Shown: positions 1 through 9,115, counted from the stretch's first letter. The stretch: 36,054 nucleotides of DNA from Chthoniobacteraceae bacterium (GCA_040081625.1 JBEBGD010000054.1:1-36054), one strand, 5' to 3'. The notes: generated by a model from the sequence alone, not told the origin. A program made the numbers and translations.

Positions 1-1
1 G

Positions 2-454
2 CCGGCTCCCGCGACTCCGGCCCCGCCGGCGAACGTCAACGCCCCCCTCGATGTGATGCGCGAAGCGCGCGTCGCGCAGGATGCGGCCGAGCAGCTCTCG
101 CGGATGCTGCACAATGCGGAAGTGAACGCGCAGCTCATCGCGCTCGTGCAGGCGCGGCCGAATCCCGACCCCGACTCGCTCAACCAATACCGCGCCTCCG
201 AGCAGACGATCGAGCGGAGCATCATCGACTCGGAAACCGGCTACCTGCTCGCAGCGAAGCGCCTCGGGAAGGCCGATCCCGACGCGCTGCGCGTGGCCTT
301 CGACAAACTCGAGGACGAAGTCTCGAGTGCCGGCATCGGCTGGCGCACGAAGCTCGCGCAGCTCGTGCGCGGGCACGTGCTCAAAGTGCAGGCCTTCGAT
401 ACGCGGGTGGACGCCGATTTTCGGGAACAACTCCGGGGATTGCAAAAGAACTGA
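2..454 (+). CDS. C-terminal part of a protein truncated by the window edge (Pro-rich linker then helical domain; possibly TagR-like C-terminus)
   Basis: Frame is open from position 2 (PAPATPAPPANVNAPLDVMREARV...) to TGA at 452-454; protein-like composition; same strand as the downstream lipoprotein genes. Confidence 0.65.
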   Translation, partial: PAPATPAPPANVNAPLDVMREARVAQDAAEQLSRMLHNAEVNAQLIALVQARPNPDPDSLNQYRASEQTIERSIIDSETGYLLAAKRLGKADPDALRVAFDKLEDEVSSAGIGWRTKLAQLVRGHVLKVQAFDTRVDADFREQLRGLQKN

Positions 455-498
455 GCACCCGTCACTCTCCACCACCACACACGTCAACGACCATCCTT

Positions 499-1173
499 AT
501 GAAAACCCGCCACCTCCAAATCACCTCGCTCCTATGCGCCGGCTCACTGCTCGTGAGCGGCTGCACGAACATCAAAGACGACCAGCGGCGCACGAAGACC
601 GAAGGCACGCTCGCCGGCGCGGGCGCAGGGGCGCTCATCGGCGGCCTCATCGGCGCGGCGACCGGCGGCGGCGCCCGCTCGATCGTCGGCGGCGCGCTCA
701 TCGGCGGCGCGGCGGGCGGATTCGCCGGACACAAATACGGCGAGAAGGTCGCGAAGAAAAAGACGGGCTACGCGAACGAGGAAGCGCGGCTGCGCGCGAT
801 GATCGGCGAGGCTCGCAGCGAGCGGCAGAGCGCGGAGTCTTACAACGCGAGCCTGCGCAAGAACATCGCCTCGCAACGCTCCGAGCTCGCCAGCATCCGA
901 TCGCAGAAGAAGGCCGGACAGAACGTGCGCAGCGGCGCATCGCGTCTGGGGAGCAACCTCGACGCGAACATCTCGCGCTCGAACAGCGAGCTCAAGCGCA
1001 AGGAAGCCGTGCTGACCGAGGCAAAGCAGACGATCGACGGCGCGTCGCCGGGCTCCGACCGCTCGCAACTCCAGGCCGAATACAATTCGCTCCAGAAGGA
1101 AAAGCAGATCCTCCAAGGGCAGATCCGCGAGATGAACGGCGTGAAGCAGGACCTCGCCACCGCCGCCCGCTAA
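499..1173 (+). CDS. Glycine-zipper lipoprotein with long C-terminal coiled coil (TagQ-like architecture)
   Basis: Signal peptide with lipobox VSGC; glycine zipper GAGAGALIGGLIGAATGG...GGALIGGAAGGFAG; heptad-rich C-terminal half. Confidence 0.85.
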   Translation: MKTRHLQITSLLCAGSLLVSGCTNIKDDQRRTKTEGTLAGAGAGALIGGLIGAATGGGARSIVGGALIGGAAGGFAGHKYGEKVAKKKTGYANEEARLRAMIGEARSERQSAESYNASLRKNIASQRSELASIRSQKKAGQNVRSGASRLGSNLDANISRSNSELKRKEAVLTEAKQTIDGASPGSDRSQLQAEYNSLQKEKQILQGQIREMNGVKQDLATAAR

Positions 1174-1176
1174 CCG

Positions 1177-1614
1177 ATGAAGCCGCACTTTATCCTCACC
1201 GCATCCGTCGCCGCGCTCGCGCTCACCGCTTGCGAGACCACGGGCGACCCGCAGCAGGGCGGCCTCTTCGGCTGGAGCGAAGGCAAGGCCAAACAGCGCC
1301 AGTCCGCGCTGCGCGGCGCAGTGGAACTCGAGCACGACCGAGGCAGCAGTGCCCGCGCGCAGACCGGCCGCTTGCAGAGCGAGCGCAGCAGCAATGCCGC
1401 GGCCATCCGCTCGGCCCGCTCGGATCTGAACCGGATGCTCTCGCAACTCGATGAAGTCGATCGCGCCGGCGGCAGCGGGCGCACGAGCGGCTTGCGCTCA
1501 CGCATCACACAGACGCGCGGCAGCAGCGACATCAGCGACGGCGACGTGCGCTCGCTCGACAGCGAGGTGCGCAGCCTGCGCAGCGAATACGGTCTGCTCC
1601 AGCAGCGGCGGTAG
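1177..1614 (+). CDS. Lipoprotein with TGDPxQGGLFGWSE motif and coiled coil
   Basis: Lipobox LTAC, then ETTGDPQQGGLFGWSEGKAKQRQ; starts 3 nt after the previous stop. Confidence 0.8.
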   Translation: MKPHFILTASVAALALTACETTGDPQQGGLFGWSEGKAKQRQSALRGAVELEHDRGSSARAQTGRLQSERSSNAAAIRSARSDLNRMLSQLDEVDRAGGSGRTSGLRSRITQTRGSSDISDGDVRSLDSEVRSLRSEYGLLQQRR

Positions 1615-1689
1615 CGCCGGCGGCGCGACGCCGCACTTTCCGTTTGCCCGGCGCGCCGTTCCACGCTCTTTACCGGCCCTTTTCGCACC

Positions 1690-2940
1690 ATGAGCCAACG
1701 CCGCATCGTCATCACAGGAATGGGCGTCACCACGCCCTTGGGCAACGACATCTCCACGTTCTGGAACAACCTGGTCAACGGCGTCAGCGGGATCGGCCCG
1801 ATCACGCACTTCGATGTGGCCGAGTATAAGTGCCGCATCGCCGGCGAAGTCCGCGACTTCAACGCGCAGGCGCAATTCAAGACGCCAAAGGACGTGAACC
1901 GCACGGACCGCTTCACGCACCTCGCCATCGGCGCGGCAAAGTGCGCGATGGCCGACGCCGGGCTCACCGGGCCGATCGGCGACCCGGAACGCTTCGGCTG
2001 CATCGTCGGCAGCGGCATCGGCGGACTGAAGACGACCGAGGATCAGCACAAGGTGCTGATGGAACGCGGCCCGTCGCGCCTTTCGCCGTTCATGATCCCG
2101 AGCCTCATCGTGAACATGGCCAGCGGCATGGTCTCGATGGAATACGGCCTGCAAGGTCCGAACTATTCACCCGTCTCCGCGTGCGCCACGAGCGCGCACG
2201 CGATCGGCGAAGCGTGGCGCATGATCCGCGATGGCGAAGCGGACGCGTTCGTCGCCGGCGGCAGCGAAGCGGCCATCGTCCCGCTCGGCATCGGCGGCTT
2301 CGCGGCGATGAAGGCCCTCTCCACCCGCAACGACGACCCCACGCGTGCCAGCCGCCCGTGGGACAAGGATCGCGACGGCTTCGTCATGGGCGAAGGCGCG
2401 GGCATCATCGTGATGGAATCCCTCGACCACGCGCTCGCCCGCGGCGCGCGCATCTACGCGGAAGTCGCCGGCTACAGCCTCACCGCCGACGCCTTCCACA
2501 TGAGCGCCCCGCTGCCAAACCACGAGCAGGCGCAGCGCTCGATGCGCCGCGCGATGCAACTCGCCGGCGTGAACCCGGAGCAAATCGACTACGTCAACGC
2601 GCACGGCACGAGCACCCCCGTCGGCGACATCGCCGAGGTGCGCGCGGTGAAGGCGGTCTTCGGCGACTTCGCGAAGAACGGCCTCACCGTCAGCAGCACC
2701 AAGTCGATGACCGGCCACCTGCTCGGTGCCGCCGGCTCGGTGGAGACCGTCGTGTGTGTGAAGGTGATCGAGACCGGCATCATTCCGCCGACGATCAATC
2801 TCGATAACCCCGGCGACGAGTGCGACCTCGACTTCACTCCGCACACCGCGCGCGAGAAAAAGGTGAAGGTCACGATCAACAACAGCTTCGGATTCGGCGG
2901 GCACAACGTGACGTTGTGCGTGCGGGCGTTTGAGGGCTAG
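1690..2940 (+). CDS. fabF: Beta-ketoacyl-ACP synthase II
   Basis: RRIVITGMG start; SACATSAHAIG (catalytic Cys); YVNAHGTST; STKSMTGHLLGAAG; NNSFGFGGHN. Confidence 0.97.
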   Translation: MSQRRIVITGMGVTTPLGNDISTFWNNLVNGVSGIGPITHFDVAEYKCRIAGEVRDFNAQAQFKTPKDVNRTDRFTHLAIGAAKCAMADAGLTGPIGDPERFGCIVGSGIGGLKTTEDQHKVLMERGPSRLSPFMIPSLIVNMASGMVSMEYGLQGPNYSPVSACATSAHAIGEAWRMIRDGEADAFVAGGSEAAIVPLGIGGFAAMKALSTRNDDPTRASRPWDKDRDGFVMGEGAGIIVMESLDHALARGARIYAEVAGYSLTADAFHMSAPLPNHEQAQRSMRRAMQLAGVNPEQIDYVNAHGTSTPVGDIAEVRAVKAVFGDFAKNGLTVSSTKSMTGHLLGAAGSVETVVCVKVIETGIIPPTINLDNPGDECDLDFTPHTAREKKVKVTINNSFGFGGHNVTLCVRAFEG

Positions 2941-2949
2941 CGCGCCCTC

Positions 2950-4020
2950 ATGGCTCCAGTCCTCATCCTCACCGCCGGCTACGGCGAAGGCCACAATGCC
3001 GCCGCGCGCGGCCTGCACGCGGCGTGCGGGCAGCTCGGCATCGAGTCGGAAATCGCGGACCCGTTCACCGCGATGGGCGCGAGCTACGATCGCTCGCGGC
3101 GCGATTACCTATGGCTGATCAACACGGCTCCGCGCGTGTGGGCGTTCTTCTTCGGGCTCATCGATCGCTGGCCGCTCGTGGAGTTCTCGCTACCTCTCTT
3201 GAGCAGGGTCGAGCGCCGGCTCGCGGAGCTTCTCGCGGAAAAAAAGCCGCTCGCGGTCGTGAGCGTGTATCCCGCTTATAGCTACCTCATCAGGAAACTT
3301 TTCCCCGGCGGCGCTCCGTTCACCCTGCACACGGTCGTCACCGATTCGATCACCATCAACCGCGTCTGGCACCGCGCACCGAGCGACACCTACATCGTGC
3401 CGAATGCCGCGACCGGCGCGGTGATGCGCGAGCAGGCCGTGCCCGCCGCGCGGATCCACGAGCTCGGCTTCCCCGTCCCGCCGCGCTTCGCCGCCGACCG
3501 CCCCGAACGCCCCGACCCGCGCGACGGAGCGCGCGTGCTTTTCATGATCAACGCCGGCAAGGACACCGCGCACGAAGTCGTCGCCCGGCTGCTGCTCGTG
3601 CGCGGCATTCATCTCACCGTCACCGTCGGCAAGGACGAGGAACTGCGCGCGCGCATCGAGCACGCCGCCGCAGGCCGGCCGATCGAGATCCACGGCTGGA
3701 CGCCGCACATGCCCGAGCTGCTGATGACGCATCACATCCTTATCGGCAAAGCGGGCGGCGCCGCCGTGCAGGAGACGATCGCCGCGCAGACGCCGATGCT
3801 CATCACCTCGGTCGTGCCGGGGCAGGAGGAAGGCAACGCGCAGCTCCTCTTCGAGCACGCGTGCGGCGCCCTCTGCCCCACGCCCGACGCGCTCGCCAAG
3901 CAGATCGACTGGCTCTTCGCGAACAAGGCGCGCGAGTGGCACCGCTGGCACGACCACATCCGCGCGCTGAGCCGCCCCGACGCCGCGCTGCAGATCGCGC
4001 GATTCGTGAGCGGTTCGTGA
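2950..4020 (+). CDS. MGDG-synthase/UgtP-type diacylglycerol glycosyltransferase (GT28)
   Basis: ILTAGYGEGHNAAA N-terminal motif; VVTD; GFPVPPRF; GKAGG; PGQEEGNA. Confidence 0.88.
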   Translation: MAPVLILTAGYGEGHNAAARGLHAACGQLGIESEIADPFTAMGASYDRSRRDYLWLINTAPRVWAFFFGLIDRWPLVEFSLPLLSRVERRLAELLAEKKPLAVVSVYPAYSYLIRKLFPGGAPFTLHTVVTDSITINRVWHRAPSDTYIVPNAATGAVMREQAVPAARIHELGFPVPPRFAADRPERPDPRDGARVLFMINAGKDTAHEVVARLLLVRGIHLTVTVGKDEELRARIEHAAAGRPIEIHGWTPHMPELLMTHHILIGKAGGAAVQETIAAQTPMLITSVVPGQEEGNAQLLFEHACGALCPTPDALAKQIDWLFANKAREWHRWHDHIRALSRPDAALQIARFVSGS

Positions 4021-4036
4021 AGCTCGGAGGAGGACC

Positions 4037-4155
4037 GTGGCTCACGTTGCTTCGACGTGAAAGTTCCCGCGCGCGCAGCGCCCGACGTCTTCCGCTCCAG
4101 GATGCGCGCTCGCTCGCGAGCGAGCGACGATCGCGTCGGGGGCAACGCGAGCCAC
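4037..4155. repeat. Inverted pair of GTGG-headed REP-like hairpins (REPIN/BIME-like) enclosing a 20-bp perfect palindrome
   Basis: 4037-4060 GTGGC-TCACGTTG-CTT-CGACGTGA; minus strand of 4131-4155 GTGGC-TCGCGTTG-CCCC-CGACGCGA; palindrome CGCTCGCTCGCGAGCGAGCG at 4107-4126; lies between convergent genes. Confidence 0.6.
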
Positions 4156-4159
4156 CAGA

Positions 4160-5320
4160 TCAGAGCAGCGTGCGCTGCACCGTCCACCACACGCCCATCA
4201 GGGCGATGATCGCGGAGCCGGGGACGACGATCCAGCGGCGGTAGCTCGCCGGGTCGCGCAGCCACGCCGTGGCGGCGAAGGCGAGAGTGATCACCGCGAG
4301 TTGCCCGCCTTCGACGCCGAGGTTGAAGCCGATGAGCCCGACGGCGAGCGACGCCTTTGGCAGATGCAGATCGCTCAATGCGCTCGCGAAGCCGAGCCCG
4401 TGGATAAGGCCGAAGATGAGGACGACGACCAGACGCCACGGTGTGTAGCGGGGACGGAAAATGTTCTCCAACGCGACCGCAGCGATGCTCGCGGCGATGA
4501 TCGGCTCGACGATTCCCGCCGACACCTTCACGTAGCCGAACGTGGCGAGCGCGAGCGTGATCGTGTGCGCGATGGTGAAGGTCGTGACTTGCAGCAGCAG
4601 CGGCCGCCACGCACGGCTGAGCAGGAAAAGGCCGAGCACGAAAAGAATGTGGTCGAGCCCCTGGGGAAACACGTGGACGAAGCCCTGCTTGAGAAACGTC
4701 CACAGCGTCTGCCACACGTCGGTGCTCCCGCCAGCCGCGGACACCGCGCCTGCGGCGGCAGCACCTGGCGTTGCGCTGGCGATCGAGGTGAGGTCGAGCG
4801 TGAAGCTGGTCTCGCCGGGGAAGAGCACGTTCAGACGCGGGTGTGCCTGGCCGTTGATGACGTTCTGGAAAACGACCGCGAGTTTTGATTCGGGCGTGGC
4901 GCGGATGTGCCAGCCCGTGAGGCCTGTGGGGATCGTGGTCTTCCACTCGCCGGTGAGCACGACCACTGTGTCATCGGCGGCGAGTGCCGCGCGTCCGTGG
5001 CCGGTGAAAGTGAAGGTGAACTCGGGCTGCACGCGCCCGAGCGGATCGAGGAAGAACTCGACGTAGCGCTTCACCAACGCGTCGGCCTTGCGCCTCAGGT
5101 CGGCGCGATCTTCCTCGGAATAGCTGCGGAAGACGACGTGCGTGAGCGAGGCGGCCCCATTCGGGTCGGGATCGAAGCAGCGCGGGTCCACCTCGACGCT
5201 GAGCGTCGCAGCGCCGCCGGTGGAGAAGTCGCCCTTCACCGGGATGTCCGGGATCGGGTGCGCAAGACCGCGCAGGGTGGAGATGACGACGAGGGCGAGG
5301 ACGAGGCAAGTAGGGCGCAT
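4160..5320 (-). CDS. HupE/UreJ-family membrane protein with N-terminal exported domain
   Basis: Start re-picked at ATG 5320 (MRPTCLVLALVV..LA-HP); GFVHVFPQGLDHILFVLGL, FTIAHTITL, FGLIHGLGFA, FNLGVEGGQ motifs of HupE_UreJ_2. Confidence 0.88.
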   Translation of the reverse strand: MRPTCLVLALVVISTLRGLAHPIPDIPVKGDFSTGGAATLSVEVDPRCFDPDPNGAASLTHVVFRSYSEEDRADLRRKADALVKRYVEFFLDPLGRVQPEFTFTFTGHGRAALAADDTVVVLTGEWKTTIPTGLTGWHIRATPESKLAVVFQNVINGQAHPRLNVLFPGETSFTLDLTSIASATPGAAAAGAVSAAGGSTDVWQTLWTFLKQGFVHVFPQGLDHILFVLGLFLLSRAWRPLLLQVTTFTIAHTITLALATFGYVKVSAGIVEPIIAASIAAVALENIFRPRYTPWRLVVVLIFGLIHGLGFASALSDLHLPKASLAVGLIGFNLGVEGGQLAVITLAFAATAWLRDPASYRRWIVVPGSAIIALMGVWWTVQRTLL

Positions 5321-5364
5321 GAGCGGATGGGCGGCGAGATTTGACTTGCCCGCACCCGGGTTCT

Positions 5365-5393
5365 TTGACGATTCATCCCCGCGCTGGCAACAT
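5365..5393 (+). promoter_or_regulatory. Candidate sigma70-type promoter for the small secreted protein
   Basis: TTGACG (5365-5370), 17-nt spacer, CAACAT (5388-5393) preceded by TG (extended -10 position). Confidence 0.3.
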
Positions 5394-5435
5394 TTCGTCG
5401 CCAGCAAACAAACAAACGAACCAGAAACAAAACAA

Positions 5436-5708
5436 ATGAAGCAGTTCCTCACCATCATCGCCATCGCGTCCCTGAGCCTCGGCAGCGCCGTCGCCGGTTG
5501 CGGCAAGACCGTCACCAACGAAGGCACCCTGAAATCCTTCGACGCGGCCACCAAGACCCTCACCGTCGAAGGCAAGGACGGCAAAGCTGCGAGCATCACG
5601 CTCACGCCCGCAACGAGCGGCGCCGACAAGGCTGCCGCCCTCGTGGGCAAGTCCGTGAAGGTCGTCAGCGAGCACGGCAAGGCGACCAGCGTCGCAGCGG
5701 GCAGCTAG
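5436..5708 (+). CDS. Small secreted protein or lipoprotein (90 aa), probable OB-fold-like beta protein
   Basis: ATG after an A/C-rich leader; signal peptide MKQFLTIIAIASLSLGSAVAGC; EGTLKSFDAATKTLTVEG...GKSVKVV pattern; own terminator. Confidence 0.8.
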   Translation: MKQFLTIIAIASLSLGSAVAGCGKTVTNEGTLKSFDAATKTLTVEGKDGKAASITLTPATSGADKAAALVGKSVKVVSEHGKATSVAAGS

Positions 5709-5732
5709 TCTCCCCCGCTAGTTAAGTATTCC

Positions 5733-5770
5733 GAAAGGCCCGGCCCTCGTGCCGGGCCTTTTCGTTTTCA
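5733..5770. terminator. Rho-independent terminator, probably bidirectional
   Basis: AAGGCCCGGC-cctcgt-GCCGGGCCTT stem followed by TTCGTTTT and preceded by A residues; between convergent genes. Confidence 0.85.
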
Positions 5771-5801
5771 CCCCGCGCCGCGGGGAGTCGCTGCTTCCCG
5801 G

Positions 5802-7082
5802 TCAGCCCTCGAACGTCCACGCGATCTCGGGCGCGACGATGGCGGGCTTGCGGTAGAGCTGCTTCACCGCGCGGCGGGATTGGGTATCGACGATCTGGAA
5901 TTGGAGGGCGCCATCGCGGCGGTCGATCTTGCCGTGGTTGCGGCGGGCGGCGACGACGTCGAGCCAGTAGCCGCCCGGCTTGAGCAGGCGCGCGGGGAGG
6001 CGCAGGCGGTAGCGGTAGAGGCCGGGACCGACTTTGCCGACAGGCGGGTCGCTGAGGTCGTCGTCGCTGGAGAAATAGACCCAGTTGCCGACGCTGTCGG
6101 TGACGGTGATGACGGTGAAGTAGTCGGGGTCACGCGTGTGGACCTGGAGCTGAATCTCGATGGTGGCCTCGTCCTCGAAGTCGAACTTCAAGCACGGCGC
6201 GCCGGCGGCGTCGCGCAGCGCGACTTCGCGGAGTTGGAAGGGCTTGCCCGCGTCCTCGGCGTAGCGGGCCGGGTTTGCATCGGGGTCATCGGAGTGCCGC
6301 GCGATGTGCTGGAGGTAGTGCGAGACGGCTTCGGCCGTCGGGCCGTCGAAGGCGACGCGGCCTTCATCCATGACGATCGTGCGCCGGCAAAGATTGTTCA
6401 CGGCAGCCATGTTGTGGCTCACGAAAAGGAGCGTGCGGCCTTCGCGCTGCGTGACCTCGTCCATCTTACCGAGGCACTTTTGCTGGAAGGTCTCGTCGCC
6501 GACGGCGAGCACTTCATCGACGACGAGAATCTCCGGCTCGAGGTGCGCGGCGACGGCGAAGGCGAGGCGCACGGTCATGCCGCTCGAGTAGCGCTTCACG
6601 GGCGTGTCGAGGAATTCCTCCACGCCGGCGAACGCGGCGATCTCGTCGAACTTCGCGGCGATCTCGCGATGACTCATGCCGAGGATGGCGCCGTTGAGGA
6701 AGACATTCTCGCGTCCGGTGAGCTCGGGGTGAAAGCCGGTGCCGACTTCGAGCAGGCTCGCGATGCGGCCCTTGATCAACACACGGCCTTCGGTCGGCGA
6801 GGTGATCTGCGAGAGCACCTTGAGCAGCGTGGATTTGCCCGCGCCGTTGCGTCCGATGATGCCGACGACGTCGCCTTGCTCGACATCGAAGGACACATTG
6901 CGCAGCGCCCAGAACGAACCGTCTTCGTTGCGCTTGGTGTGCTCGACGATCCGCGCGTGAGGGTCGGCGCGACCGCGCCACCGCGCCCAGCGGCTCTGGA
7001 GTTCCTGGTAGAGCAATCCCCGGTTGATGAGGCCGAGGTGGTATTGCTTGGAGAGTTCTTCGACGCGGAGGGCGGGGGCCAT
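5802..7082 (-). CDS. wzt: Polysaccharide ABC exporter ATP-binding subunit with C-terminal Wzt_C-type domain
   Basis: FWALRNVSF; Walker A GRNGAGKST; LLEVGTGFHPELTGREN; YSSGM; VVDEVLAVGD; VSHN; beta-rich C-terminal extension; start overlaps the wzm stop. Confidence 0.93.
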   Translation of the reverse strand: MAPALRVEELSKQYHLGLINRGLLYQELQSRWARWRGRADPHARIVEHTKRNEDGSFWALRNVSFDVEQGDVVGIIGRNGAGKSTLLKVLSQITSPTEGRVLIKGRIASLLEVGTGFHPELTGRENVFLNGAILGMSHREIAAKFDEIAAFAGVEEFLDTPVKRYSSGMTVRLAFAVAAHLEPEILVVDEVLAVGDETFQQKCLGKMDEVTQREGRTLLFVSHNMAAVNNLCRRTIVMDEGRVAFDGPTAEAVSHYLQHIARHSDDPDANPARYAEDAGKPFQLREVALRDAAGAPCLKFDFEDEATIEIQLQVHTRDPDYFTVITVTDSVGNWVYFSSDDDLSDPPVGKVGPGLYRYRLRLPARLLKPGGYWLDVVAARRNHGKIDRRDGALQFQIVDTQSRRAVKQLYRKPAIVAPEIAWTFEG

Positions 7083-7945
7083 CAGACGGTGTCCATGAAG
7101 TCGCGCTCGACGCGTGAGAAGAGCGACATGCCGCAGATGAAGATGACGAGCGTGACGCCGAGGCTGACGAGGAGTTGCCAGATTTCCACCACGCCGCGGC
7201 CGAGGAAGGCGAAGCGGAACGTCTCGATGATCGGGACCATCGGATTCAAAATGAAGATCCAGCGCAGGTGCTCGGGAATGGATGAGAGCGGGATGACGAC
7301 GCTGCTCGCATACATCCAGAGCTGCGTGCCGAAGCCGACGAGCATCGAGAGGTCGCGCCACTTCGTCGTAAGCGACGAGACGATCGCGCCCATGCCGAGG
7401 CCGAGCAGCGCCATTTGCAGCACGAGCAGCGGCAGGATGATGACGCGGTAGTTCGGGAAAATGGGCGCGCCCTTGAAATAGAAATACGCGAGCAGCACGA
7501 GGAAGAGCGCGAACTGCACGGCGAAGGTGATCATGTTCGTGATGACGATCGCGAGCGGCACGGTGAAGCGCGGGAAATAGACCTTGCCGAAGATGCCCGC
7601 GTTACCCGTGAAGGTGTTCGCGGTTTTCGTGAGGCAGTCGGCGAAGTAGTTCCACGCGACGACGCCGGAGAGGAAGAAGAGCAGGCGCGGCAGGCCGTCG
7701 GTCGGCACCTTCGCGAGCACGCCGAAGATGAGCGCGAGCATGAGCGTGGTGAAGATCGGCTGCAGCAAATACCACAGCGGGCCGAGGAGGGTCTGCTTGT
7801 AGGTCGCGGTGAAGTCGCGCCGCACGAAGAGCGCGACGAGATCGCGATACTGCCAGATCTCGCGCCACGGGATGTGCCACCACGGACGCACCGAGGTGAG
7901 CACCTTGCTCCACTGGCTGAGGTCTTCGGCCGCGGGCTCAGGCAT
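7082..7945 (-). CDS. wzm: Polysaccharide ABC exporter permease
   Basis: Start re-picked at ATG 7945; REIWQYRDL..FVRRDF...YKQTLLGPLW; KVYFPR; LNPMVPIIETFR; ERDFMDTV end. Confidence 0.93.
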   Translation of the reverse strand: MPEPAAEDLSQWSKVLTSVRPWWHIPWREIWQYRDLVALFVRRDFTATYKQTLLGPLWYLLQPIFTTLMLALIFGVLAKVPTDGLPRLLFFLSGVVAWNYFADCLTKTANTFTGNAGIFGKVYFPRFTVPLAIVITNMITFAVQFALFLVLLAYFYFKGAPIFPNYRVIILPLLVLQMALLGLGMGAIVSSLTTKWRDLSMLVGFGTQLWMYASSVVIPLSSIPEHLRWIFILNPMVPIIETFRFAFLGRGVVEIWQLLVSLGVTLVIFICGMSLFSRVERDFMDTV

Positions 7946-8549
7946 GTTTGATCCCATCTGCGATGAGCGACGTGTAGGCGAGTTTGCCGTCCTGGTTGCG
8001 CGGGTCGTAGCGGCGCGAGCGCAGGATGTGGCCGCGCTCGTCGGTCCAGTCGCGGTGCTGAAACTCACCGGCTTCGGCCCAGTATTCCTGAAGCTCGACG
8101 GCGAAGCCCGCATCCGCGAGCAGCTTCGCGAGCGAACGAAAATCGTAAAGCACCTGATGATCGTCCGCGCCGGGACCGCTCCCGCCGGGACGCACGTATT
8201 CGCGGTAAGCAGGATCGGGATTGAGACCGTCGGGCACCGCGATGCGCAGCGTGCCGCCGGGGCGGAGGAAGTCGTGGCAGTTCGCCACCGCACGCGCGGC
8301 GGCATCGGCGGGCAGATGCTCCCACACGTGCTCGGCGAAGAATGCGTCGATCGTCCCCGGCTGCCAGTAGCGCGCGAACGCGGCGCGATCGGTCACGTCG
8401 AGAATGTCGCGATCGGTGCATACCCAGCCGGCTTCATCGCGATAGCCCGAGCCGAGCACCACGCGGCGCGCGGCGGCAAGCGTCGAAAAATCCGGGCGGC
8501 GCTCCGCACCGCGAAACAACCGGCGTGCGAGCGAGGCGATCGGCCCCAC
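7938..8549 (-). CDS. Class I SAM-dependent methyltransferase (short, polysaccharide-locus type)
   Basis: GTG start overlapping the upstream TAG; VVLGSG motif I; AEHVWEHL; LRPGGTLRIAVPD; LADAGF. Confidence 0.8.
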   Translation of the reverse strand: MGPIASLARRLFRGAERRPDFSTLAAARRVVLGSGYRDEAGWVCTDRDILDVTDRAAFARYWQPGTIDAFFAEHVWEHLPADAAARAVANCHDFLRPGGTLRIAVPDGLNPDPAYREYVRPGGSGPGADDHQVLYDFRSLAKLLADAGFAVELQEYWAEAGEFQHRDWTDERGHILRSRRYDPRNQDGKLAYTSLIADGIKHA

Positions 8550-9055
8550 TACTCCGACTTGTGACCGTTCGGCGCGTCCGAGACCGTCTTCGACTCGTCG
8601 CGCGAGGGCAGCGCGCCAGCCGAGCCGCCGCCGAAGAGCCGTGAGAAAAGCCGCTTCGGCGCGCTGCGTCCGGCTTCCTCCTCGGAAAGTTCGTTGTGCG
8701 CGGTCGTCTTCGCCGTCTCCCACGCCGGCGCGAAGCCGGGCACCTGGATGAGCATCTGTTTCTCGGCGCGCGCGTAGATTTCGAGATCGCGCTGGAGCTT
8801 GCGCTCGGGCTGCTCGTTGAGCGCGTTCACCTTCACCCGCAGGCTCTCGTTTTCCTTCTTCAAGGTTTCGACCTCGCCCTTCATCTTGCGCATCGCCTCG
8901 GCCTCGATCTCGAGCCGGTCGCTCAGCATCCGGCGAAAGCGCGCCAGTTCACCCTTCGCGCTGAAGAGGTGATAGACGGCGATGATCAGGAAGGCGCTCG
9001 CCAGATAGAAGCCGAGCATGAACTGGCCGAGAAAGAAGCTGCTATCGAATTTCAC
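8549..9055 (-). CDS. Membrane-anchored coiled-coil hypothetical protein
   Basis: N-terminal hydrophobic helix followed by heptad repeats (EVETLKKENESLRVKVNAL); stop overlaps the next start. Confidence 0.75.
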   Translation of the reverse strand: MKFDSSFFLGQFMLGFYLASAFLIIAVYHLFSAKGELARFRRMLSDRLEIEAEAMRKMKGEVETLKKENESLRVKVNALNEQPERKLQRDLEIYARAEKQMLIQVPGFAPAWETAKTTAHNELSEEEAGRSAPKRLFSRLFGGGSAGALPSRDESKTVSDAPNGHKSE

Positions 9056-9115
9056 AGGGTCAGGGATTGGGCAGCCACGATGGAGGCGGTCGGGGGAAAA
9101 GCAAGGCCGCGAAGC

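Noticed and set aside
4107..4126. Resemblance of the (GCTC)n/(GAGC)n palindrome to parvoviral Rep-binding elements
   Set aside because: Short, low-complexity and GC-rich, with no viral or HUH gene in the window; best treated as part of the REP-like doublet
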